Virus record (IMG/VR): IMGVR_UViG_3300042350_002797
Span: 300,555-364,554 of that record
DNA length: 64,000 nt
Direction: 5' to 3' (one strand)
A program made the position numbers and the translations under genes. The notes under the pieces are model-generated. The model was not told where the DNA came from. It worked only from the letters and a program-made list of their open reading frames with translations, and did no database searches. This document shows positions 20,328 to 31,600 of this stretch, in pieces (position 1 is the first letter of the stretch; the number at the start of each line of letters is the position of its first letter).

Positions 20328-22580
20328 TCAATCTCCAATCGCTAATATATAAGGTGTCATAACGGCAAACAAACTCTTTGTAAATGTTCTACCAGTAATA
20401 GTTCCTGTGTTTCTGTTAATCACTAGATCATTACCAATTCTAAAATCGCCTCGTTGATCGGTACCAGTATAATAAACTTTTCCTTGATTAACCTGTATGA
20501 CTTGATTATCTGATACAGGTACACCTCCTAAGTAAGGAAGTGCTGTATTAACATTTGTTCCAGCACCAACCCATTCAAATGTTTGGCCTGATGCTGTAAT
20601 TAAACTAAACTGATGGAAAGTTACTGCGGCATTATCTGCTATTGACGATGCTGATTCTTCTAATGTGATAGTGCTAGAATAAGCATTTTCAATTAAATTA
20701 GTAACAATATCAAATAATCCATTACTAATTGTAACTTCTGTATTAGTAGCAGCAGGATTACTAGTGTTTTGATTAGCAGTGTTATTTAATGGAGTAACAG
20801 TAGTATTAACTAAACATTGCGCTGTTACAGTTTTTAAATAGGCAAATGTATCAATTGTAGCCTGCTTCTCTCCAGTTGGGACTTGAAGCGTTCCTGTACT
20901 ATAGTATTCATCAGCTGCATCGGCTGTTTGGCTGTTGCCGTCGTAAGTGATGTCATAAGTTATTGCATCTACAATATATCCAATGTCTCTACGACATTTT
21001 GTAGAATCATAACTTAATCCTGGATAGTTTGCTGTGATATAGGCTATACCTTCTTCTATTAAGAAACTACGATTAGCTTGTAATATTACTTTAGATCTTG
21101 ACTTATTAGTTGTTGTTGCAGTTGAATTATTAAATGTGTAAGAAGGTGCGACACCTATACCATTATTAATAATATTAGTAATAGTATTAAAATTAGTTTG
21201 AACTCTTGTGTATTCTGGACCTTGAGAACTGTCAGAACTTAGTATATCTAACACTGCATCTCTAGCAAAGTTAATTCCTGCTATGGTTTCAGTTTTTTGA
21301 TTTGTTGTGACTTCGCTAGCAGTTGCTCTATAATAACTTATACCTGCTTGTACAGATTTATAATTAGTGTTGAACACCATGTCGTCAACTACAGCATCAA
21401 TGATTAATCCAACATCCCTACTACATTTGAATTGATTAAAATCAAAACTTGGATATGTTTCATTGAGATAGTCTATAACATCAATTTGAATTTTACTTTT
21501 GGCATCTAATATGTTTTGTCTAGCATTTCTAGCATCTGCTGGTTCTGATGAAAAATTAGGATAAGTGATAGTTGTCGATCCGCTAGTAAATGCTGTGCTT
21601 GTTGCTAAAGTATAATAAGTTGTATCTCCTGCAAACTTCACAGCATCACCTACATTTGGTCTTGTAGTTAAATTATCTATAATAAATGTTCTTCCAGAAG
21701 TTGCACCATTAACTTTTCCAGAATATAAACTTGAACTTACACCATCTGCTTTTAGTCCATAATTACCAAAACTGCTATTACTGTTAGTTAAACTACAGAA
21801 GCCGCCGCTCTCACATAAAACTGCAACATCGCAGCATATAGTGAATACAGATACGAGTTGTGTATTTCCTCTATTGAGATGATGTATACCTATACCGCCT
21901 TGATTATATTGTGTGAACGCATCTACGACCATACTTCTTAACCCTTCGCAGTGTGCGCCATCTACACGCATACCTGTGCCAGTACTAGTCATACTGGTAC
22001 AATTTTGCACATAAGGGCTAGTATGAATTACACCAGCACTACCGTTAGGATTAAACGCAACAGCAGCACTAGGACTTTCGTGGTCTTTGAAAGTCATATG
22101 TGCTAGATAAATTCCGTTGTTTACATAAAATAAATCTTGAGTTTTGTTTTGTGGCCGCACAGTTACAGTTCTTAAATTGTCCCCTACGATGGCCACACCT
22201 TCAGGAACTGTTAGGGGATTAATTTCTGTATAGTCACCACTCTTTACAAAAATTGTTGTACCATTTGTAGCTACTTGCAATGCTGCCTTAATTGTTAGTT
22301 TACTAGTGTTTAGTGCTGTTCCTGAATTACTGTCATTGCCACTTTTACTTACATACAATACATTGGCTACAGCAATATTTCCTACACTGCCGGTGAATCC
22401 AGAACTTCCACTATAACCTCTTAAACCGCCATAAGGTAGCTCTGTCCAACTGTCATTACCGTTACCTATTTTAAAGAGATTTGTATCAGTTTCGATACCC
22501 ATTTCCCCTTCGGCGAGGGTAGGATCGACACTAGTCCATTCTGCTGCTGTACCTCTTCTAAACTGTATTTGTATGGCCAT
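20328..22580 (-). CDS. Tail fibre/spike: Mtd-N-like domain + beta-helix + KCxRD repeats
   Basis: IQFRRGTAAEW...LAEGEMGIETDT..FKIGNG...W..LPY; LYVSKSGNDSN...TIKAAL beta-helix entry; KCSRDVG/KCRRDIG. Confidence 0.75.
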   Translation of the reverse strand: MAIQIQFRRGTAAEWTSVDPTLAEGEMGIETDTNLFKIGNGNDSWTELPYGGLRGYSGSSGFTGSVGNIAVANVLYVSKSGNDSNSGTALNTSKLTIKAALQVATNGTTIFVKSGDYTEINPLTVPEGVAIVGDNLRTVTVRPQNKTQDLFYVNNGIYLAHMTFKDHESPSAAVAFNPNGSAGVIHTSPYVQNCTSMTSTGTGMRVDGAHCEGLRSMVVDAFTQYNQGGIGIHHLNRGNTQLVSVFTICCDVAVLCESGGFCSLTNSNSSFGNYGLKADGVSSSLYSGKVNGATSGRTFIIDNLTTRPNVGDAVKFAGDTTYYTLATSTAFTSGSTTITYPNFSSEPADARNARQNILDAKSKIQIDVIDYLNETYPSFDFNQFKCSRDVGLIIDAVVDDMVFNTNYKSVQAGISYYRATASEVTTNQKTETIAGINFARDAVLDILSSDSSQGPEYTRVQTNFNTITNIINNGIGVAPSYTFNNSTATTTNKSRSKVILQANRSFLIEEGIAYITANYPGLSYDSTKCRRDIGYIVDAITYDITYDGNSQTADAADEYYSTGTLQVPTGEKQATIDTFAYLKTVTAQCLVNTTVTPLNNTANQNTSNPAATNTEVTISNGLFDIVTNLIENAYSSTITLEESASSIADNAAVTFHQFSLITASGQTFEWVGAGTNVNTALPYLGGVPVSDNQVIQVNQGKVYYTGTDQRGDFRIGNDLVINRNTGTITGRTFTKSLFAVMTPYILAIGD

Positions 22581-22610
22581 TTTTAAAATCTGCTGTTATT
22601 TTAATATTTA

Positions 22611-25600
22611 TCAGGTTACTCCGCCGGCGTCAATACTGGATATTCCACCATAGTTACTGTCAGGTTGACCACCATCTAAGTTACCGAATGTGCCGCCGGT
22701 GCCGCCACCGGTTCCTGAACTACCAGTATAACCCCTGAGTCCTTGATCACCCTGACTACCTGTAAACCCTGTTCCTTGACTACCAGTAAAGCCGGCAGAT
22801 CCTGCAAAGCCAACTAACCCTCTGCTACCTACAAATCCTATGCTACCAGTAAATCCAGTACTACCTACAAATCCCGAACTACCAGTAAATCCAATTATAC
22901 CTTGTGGACCTGTTAATCCAGTTGCTCCTGACAGGTCGGTTATAAAATTATAAGAAGTGCCTGTCCATAGATATAATCTACTATTTTCTAAATTATCAGG
23001 ATTAGCAGTTTCAATAATAGCAAACTGTCCTGCAATTATTCCTGCAGGACTTGTATCAGAAGTTAACTCTGACACACTAGAATAGATTTTAGCAATTGTA
23101 AATCCTAAACCAGTATCACCTTTACTACCTGTAAAACCAATGTCGCCTTGACTGCCTGTATAGCCATTAGTTCCAGCACTGCCTGTAAAACCAATGTCGC
23201 CTTGACTGCCTGTAAAACCAATGTCGCCTTGACTACCGGTATAGCCATTAGTTCCAGCACTGCCTGTAAAACCAATGTCGCCTTGACTGCCTGTATAGCC
23301 AATATCTCCTTGACTACCGGTAAAACCAATGTCGCCTTGACTGCCTGTATAGCCAATATCTCCTTGACTACCGGTAAAACCAGAACTTCCAGTATATCCT
23401 TGACTACCATCTACTCCTATTATACCGTCAGTTCCTCGACTACCAGTGTAACCAATCACTGTACTAGCCGAACCAGTGTATCCTGTTATACCTTGACTAC
23501 CTGCGAAACCATTACTACCAGTAAAACCAAGATCACCTTTACTGCCTGAGAATCCAACTACGCCTCGACTACCAGTAAATCCTGTTCCTTGACTACCAGT
23601 AAAACCAATTGATCCAGTAAAACCGATGTCACCTCTACTACCGACAAATCCGGTTATGCCCTGACTACCAGTAAATCCTGCACCTTGACTACCAGTAAAT
23701 CCTAAACTACCTGTATAGCCGATCACTGTACTTGCAGATCCAGTAAAACCAATACTACCTGTGTACCCTTGATCGCCTTGACTACCAGTAAAACCAATTT
23801 CCCCTTGTAGACCTTGATCACCTTTACTACCAGTAAATCCTCTACTGCCAGAATATCCTCTTAAACCTTGATTTCCTGTAAGACCTTGACTGCCTGTAAA
23901 TCCTCTACTACCTGTAAAACCTTGATCACCTCTGTCGCCTTGATTTCCAGTGTCGCCTTTACTACCAGTAAATCCTCTGAATCCTTGTTCACCTTGAGCT
24001 CCTGTTATACCTTGACTTCCTGTATATCCTTTTCTGTCATCAATTTTGATAATACCAATCATTCCACTATGAAAAACACATTGATATACAATCTGAGTGG
24101 GTGCATCATACGGAACTCTATAACTGATTAACGTAGATGTGGAATGATTACCTGATGTTGTGTTATTATTAGTCATTCCTGGAACAGTGTCGGTGTTTCC
24201 AGAACTTAATCTAAATGCTAAAGGGTGAGAACTAGTAATATTTTGTAAGTTAAAATATACTAAGTCTCCTTTGAAAACAGTGATAGTAGGATAATTTTCA
24301 TTATAACCATCTATAGTATAAACAAAAGCGCCACCAGGATTATTAAATTTAAATAATTGTCCTCCTTGGCTACCAGTAAAACCTAGTGCAGCATATTCTC
24401 CTGGAATACCTTGACTACCTGTAAACCCAGTACTTCCTGTGAATCCAGATTGACCTCTACTACCAACATACCCAGTGTCACCTTGATCACCTTTACTGCC
24501 AGTAAATCCACGACTACCAGTAAAACCTAGGTCTCCTCGACTACCAACAAATCCAGTGTCACCTTGATCACCTTTACTGCCAGTAAATCCACGACTACCA
24601 GTAAAACCTAGGTCTCCTCGACTACCAACAAATCCAGTGTCTCCTCGACTACCAGTAAAGCCAGTTTGTCCTGTACTACCAGTATAACCAATAATACCTT
24701 GACTACCGGTGTAACCAATAGCTGCTGCTTCTCCTGGAATACCTTGACTACCTGTAAAACCTCTCGAACCGGTTACTCCAATACTGCCTGTAAATCCAGT
24801 ATTACCTTGTATTCCTTGACTACCTACAAATCCTCTGCTACCAGTATATCCTAAGTTTCCTTGCGGTCCTTGTATACCTTGTATACCTTGACTGCCTGTG
24901 AAGCCTCTTAATCCTTGTTCTCCTGTGTCGCCTTTACTACCTGTGTAACCAAAATCTCCTTGGCTACCAGTAAAACCTAGTGCAGCATATTCTCCTGGAA
25001 TACCTTGACTACCTGTAAACCCAGTTACACCTTGACTACCTGTAAACCCAGTACTACCAACAAAACCAGTATCTCCTTGACTACCTGTATATCCAATACT
25101 ACCAGTGAAACCAGTACTTCCTGTGAATCCAGCATCGCCGCGACTACCAGTAAAACCTAGTGCAGCATATTCTCCAGGAATACCTTGACTACCTGTAAAT
25201 CCTCTTGATCCTGTATATCCCAGACTTCCAGTAAAGCCAGTATCTCCTTGAATGCCTTGATCACCTTGATCGCCTTGACTGCCAGTGTAACCAAGAGGCC
25301 CTATTTCCCCTTGATCACCTTGGTTACCTCGACTGCCTGTAAAACCAATAGATCCAGTATATCCGATATCTCCTTGTAAGCCTTGACTACCTGCAAAACC
25401 TAATATTCCTTGACTACCTGTAAATCCTTGACTACCAGTAAATCCAATGCTACCAGTGAAACCAGTACTTCCACTAGATCCCTGACTACCAGTAAATCCT
25501 AAAGCAGCATACTCACCTGGGATACCTTGACTGCCTGTGAAACCAATATCTCCTTGTGAGCCGGTAAATCCAATACTACCGGTGTAGCCTTGTAGCCCAT

Positions 25601-28600
25601 CCGTACCTTGACTGCCTGTGAAACCAATATCTCCTTGTGAGCCGGTAAATCCAATACTACCGGTGTAGCCTTGTAGCCCATCCGTACCTCTACTACCAGT
25701 ATAACCAATATCTCCTTGTGAGCCGGTAAATCCAATACTACCGGTGTAACCAATAGCTGCTGCTTCTCCTGGAATACCTTGACTACCAGTGTAACCAATA
25801 CTACCTACAAATCCTCTACTACCAGTGTATCCTTGATCACCTTGTGGCCCTAGGTCGCCTTGTGGTCCTGGGTCTCCTTGTAAGCCTTGACTACCAGTAA
25901 AACCAATATCACCTTGATCGCCTTGATCACCTTTAAAACCAACACTACCTGTAAATCCTAAACTACCAGTATATCCAATAGGACCTTCTAAACCTTCTTG
26001 ACCTCTTAGTCCTTGACTGCCAGTAAAACCTGTTAGTCCTCTACTTCCTGAGAAACCTGTTATACCTTGACTGCCGATAAATCCTGAACTACCTGTGTAA
26101 CCAATACTACCTGTGTATCCTTGATCGCCTTGACTACCAACAAATCCAGTGTCTCCTCGACTGCCTGTAAAACCAATACTACCAGTATAACCTCTGTCCC
26201 CTGTGCTACCAGTGAAACCTACTGAACCTCTACTACCGGTAAATCCTACACCTTGACTACCAGTGAAACCAATCGATCCAGTGAATCCTTGGTCACCTTG
26301 ACTACCAGTAAATCCTTCTCCTTTACTTCCTGTAAAACCAACACTGCCTGTATAACCAAAGTCGCCTTGACTACCAGTGAAGCCAGTTGCGCCTTGACTG
26401 CCAGTGAAACCTCTACTACCAGTATAACCTGTGTTGCCTTGACTGCCTGTATAACCAAAGTCTCCTTGTGAACCGACAAATCCCTTACTGCCTGTATAAC
26501 CAAAGTCTCCTTGACTACCAGTGAAGCCGATGAATCCTTGTGATCCAGTGTAACCAACACTGCCGGTGAATCCTAAATCGCCGCGACTACCTGTGTAACC
26601 GAAGTCTCCTTGACTACCTGTATAACCAACACTGCCGGTGAATCCTAAATCACCACGACTACCTGTATAACCAAAATTACCTTGACTACCTGTAAATCCA
26701 ACACTACCTGTAAATCCAACACCACGACTGCCAGTGTATCCGATGTCGCCTTGTGAACCAACAAAACCTTGACTACCTGTGTATCCAACACCTGCACTGC
26801 CAGTAAAGCCTAAGTCTCCTTTGCTGCCGCTAAATCCACGACTACCAGTAAATCCTATATTCCCCTGTGATCCGGTATATCCAACAATGCCTTGACTACC
26901 TGTAAATCCAACACTACCAGTAAAGCCTAGGTCTCCTTTGCTACCTGTATATCCTATAGTACCTTGACTACCAGTAAATCCAATACTACCAGTGAATCCA
27001 ATTGATCCGGTATAACCGATATCGCCTTGACTACCTGTATAACCAATAATTCCCTGACTGCCGGTGTAACCAGTACTACCTGTGAATCCTACACCTTGAC
27101 TACCTGTATAACCAATAGGACCTTGAATTACACCTACGTCAGTCCAAGTTGTTCCTGTCCAAATGTACAAATGACCAGTATTAGAAACAATATAGGAATC
27201 ACCTATGTTTCCGGTATAGTCTGAGGGTAATTGATTAGCGTTATTAACAGATCCTATTATTATAACACTAGTACCATCTGAACCTTTGCTACCAGTATAT
27301 CCTTGTTCTCCTTGACTACCAGTATAGCCAATATCTCCACGACTTCCTACAAAACCAGTACTACCTGTATAACCAGTACTACCTGTGTAACCAATATCTC
27401 CTTTACTACCTACAAAACCTATGTCACCTTGACTGCCTGTATAACCTAACGATCCGGTATATCCAAAGTCTCCTTTACTACCTGTTAATCCAATTATACC
27501 TTGACTACCTACATAACCAATACTACCTGTGTAGCCAATATCACCTTGGCTACCTACAAAACCTATGTCACCTTGACTACCTACATAACCTACACTTCCT
27601 GTGTAGCCAATATCACCTTGACTACCTACAAAACCTATGTCACCTTGACTACCTACAAACCCCACCGACCCGGTGTAACCTGTATCGCCTTGTGATCCTG
27701 TATAACCAAAGTCACCTTGACTACCGGTGTATCCTATACTGCCTGTGTAGCCAATATCTCCTTGTGATCCTGTATATCCAAAGTCGCCTTGACTGCCAGT
27801 AAATCCTCTACTTCCTGCAAAGCCAATACCTTGACTACCTGTATATCCAACACCTTGACTACCTGTGAATCCTTGGCTACCTGTATAACCAATATCGCCT
27901 TGACTACCTGTATAACCAAAATCTCCCTGACTGCCGGTAAAGCCTCGACTGCCGGTAAAGCCTTGAACCCCTTGACTACCTACAAATCCAGTATCACCTT
28001 GTGATCCAACAAATCCTTGACTGCCAGTATATCCTGTATCTCCTAAGCTACCGGTATATCCTATACCTTGACTTCCTGTAAAACCAATTGTTCCTTGACT
28101 ACCAGTGAATCCAACTGATCCAGTAAAGCCAATTGATCCAGTAAATCCTAAATCGCCTTTACTACCAGTAAATCCTATAAATCCTCTACTACCAGTAAAT
28201 CCTAAATCGCCTTTACTACCAGTATAACCTTCTGATCCAGTGTATCCTATACCTTCTGATCCAGTATAACCTATATTTCCCTGACTACCTGTATAACCGT
28301 CAGGACCTTGAATTTGTCCTACATTCGTCCAAGTCGATCCTGTCCAAACATATAAGTCTCCAGAAATTAAGTACGAGTCTCCGGCATTACCGCTGGCTGG
28401 AAGATTTGAAATAGAATTTAATGATCCTAAAATAGTAACTGAAGTTCCTGGATCTCCCTTGCTACCCGTGTATCCAACACCTGCACTACCAGTAAATCCT
28501 TTACTTCCTGTGTAACCAAGACTACCTACAAATCCTACACTACCAGTAAATCCTCTACTCCCAGTGTATCCTTTTCCTACTTCTACAATTTCCTGTTTAA

Positions 28601-31600
28601 TTTCTAGTGTAAATGATCTTGATTCACTTTGAGGTACTATGTCTGTAACTGTTACAGTAAATGTACTAGTAGAAAAAACTTCAGTTGGAATTCCAGTTAT
28701 TGATCCTGTAGAAGAACTGAAAAATAAACCAGGAGGTAATGTGCTTGGACTAATAGAATAAGTTAAAGTTCCTTCCCCTCCAGTAGCAGTGACAGGTATT
28801 AATTCTGCTGCTTCTAGTCTAGTAAGAATTACAGGATTAACATTAGATATAGTTGTGATAGGTGTAGGCGGATCTTCATTTACTACTAAAGTAAACGTAT
28901 CAAATTCTGTTTGACTCAAACTATCTGTTACACTTATTGTAAACGTTGTCAAGCCTAAAACACTAGTAGGTGTTCCAGAAATAGATCCCGTACTAGTGTT
29001 AAATGTTAATCCTGTAGGAAGACTAGGACTGATAGAATAAGTTAAAGTTCCTGATCCTTCTGTTGCACTGATTGGAACAAAAGAAGTTATTTGACTATAT
29101 TGAGTAAAAATGTTAGTAGCAGAGTTTACAGTCAATAAAATCTGTGGTGGTAAAACTTCTATTGAAAATGTTACACTATTAGTTTGTCCTGCTTGATCAG
29201 ATACAGTAAAAGTATAGGTAGTTAAATTATTAGCACCACTTGGTGTTCCTGAGAATGTTCCTGTAATAGTATTAAATGTTAAACCACTTGGTAAATTAGG
29301 ACTTATACTAAAAGTTCTTGTACCTGCACCTCCTGACACAGCCACCGGAGTATAGGTTGCAACAACAACATCCTGAGTTAATGTAACAGTTGAAACATTG
29401 GGTGTTAAGACTAAAGCAGGAGGAGAAGTAACTGTTAAACTAAAAGTGTTAGAAGCAGTAGAATTATCAGTATCAGTTACAGTTACGGTAAATGTTGTAG
29501 TGTTTATTATACTAGTAGGTGTTCCACTAATTTGTCCCGTGCTTGTGTTAAAACTTAATCCACTTGGTAAACTTGGACTGATACTGTATGAGTAAGTTCC
29601 TGTTCCTCCAGATCCGGTTACTGGAATAAATGCAGTGGTTAAAATGTTCTGAACAATTGATCTAGATGAAATGTTTTGTACAGCTACTAGAACAGGATTA
29701 ACAACTGTTAAACTAAATGTTTTACTACTAGTTTGACCTAATGAATCCGTTGCAGTAATTGTAAAATTACCAGAACTAGTAGTCGAAGGTGTACCTCCTA
29801 TTCTACCATTACTAGAACTAAATGTTATACCATTAGGAAGACTAGGACTAATATTAAAAGTAATTGATCCATAACCACCAGCAGCACTTACAGGTGCAAC
29901 CGCAGTTGCAGCTTGTAACTTAGTAAATGTAACATTGGCATTTTCTAAAGTCGTAGTAATAGCCGGGGGTAATTCAATTGTTATTATAAACGTATTGCTT
30001 GCAGTTTGGCTGGCTGAATCGCTGACAGTAACCGTGTACGTAGTTTGTACAGATGTAACAGTAGGTGTTCCAGTTATTTGTCCAGTTGATGTAATAAAAC
30101 TTAAACCATTTGGCAAACTTGGACTAATGCTGTAAGACAAAGTTCCACTGCCGCCAGATCCTACAACCGGATTAAAAGGAGTAATAGCAACATTTCTTAT
30201 AAATGTTGATGCATTTGTTGACACAGTTGCATTTAAAGCAGGGGGCGCATTAATAGTTAATGTAAATGTTTTGCTACTAGTTTGATTTACTGTGTCTGAA
30301 ACAGTTATAGTAAAAGTTGTTTGCGATATCGCAGATGTAGGAGTTCCGCTTATTTGTCCACTAGCAGCATTTAAAGTTAAGCCGCTTGGTAAACTTGGAC
30401 TAATGCTATAGGTTAATGCTCCTACGCCACCACTGCCTGATACAGGCGTAAATGCAGCCATCACTGCACCTTGAGTAATAGTTCTTGTAGGAACATTTAC
30501 AGTTGTAGTGATTGGAGGATTAATTACAGATAAAGTAAACGTCTTGCTACTAGTTTGATTTAAAGTATCAGTGGCTGTAACTGTATAGGTTGTAGATCCA
30601 CTTAGAGCAGTAGGTGTTCCAGTAATTTGTCCAGTCGATGTATTAAAATTTAAACCAACTGGAAGTGTAGGACTAATACCGAATGTTAGATTACTATAAC
30701 CCCCACTTGCTGTTACAGGAATAAATGGAGTAATATTAGTGTTAATCACTAGAGAACTAGTAGCAACAGATTGAGTCGTTATAATTGCACTAGGCGCATT
30801 TACTAATAACTGAAAAGTCTTACTGCTAGTTTGATTAGCCTGATCACTTACTATAATAGTAAATATTGTCTGCGATAACGTTACTGTCGAAGTTCCGCTA
30901 ATCTGTCCTGTACCAGAATTGATAGTCAACCCAGAAGGTAAACTTGGGCTTACAGCGTATGCTAAAGTTCCAAATCCTCCACTAGCTGTGACAGGAGTAA
31001 ATGGAGTAACTGCTACATTTTGAGTTGCTGTAAAATTCGAAACTGATACAGTAGTCGTTATAGGTGCAGCATTTACTGTTAGAGTAAATGTACTACTACT
31101 AGTTTGACCTACTGAATCTGTTATAGTAACTGTATAAGTCGTTGTTCCGCTTACACCTGTTGGTGTTCCGGTTATTTGTCCAGTGCTTGTGTTAAAACTC
31201 AATCCAGATGGTAAGTTTGGACTAATATTGTATGATAACGGAGAAACACCACCTGACACTGTGACAGGTGTAAATGGTGTAACGATTGCACCTTGTGTAA
31301 GTGTTGGAATATTAGTGGAAGTCGCAGGAACTATTGCAGGTGGTGTATTCACCGTTAAACTAAAAGTCTTACTGCTTGTTTGATCTGCGGTGTCTGTTAC
31401 TGTAACTGTAAAGGTAGTTTGAGTTAAGGTAACAGATGGTGTTCCTGATATAGATCCATTTGTAGTATTAAATTGTAGACCACTTGGTAAAGTTGGACTA
31501 ATGCTATAGGTCAATGCTCCTACGCCGCCACTGCCTGTCACTGGAGTGAAAGTAGCTGCTGCAACAAACTGTGTAAGGATTCTTGATGCAATTGCTTGAG

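Noticed and set aside
20328-22580. Diversity-generating retroelement target (Mtd-like N-terminus)
   Set aside because: Only the N-terminal attachment-type domain resembles Mtd; no reverse transcriptase or TR/VR pair is seen in the window.
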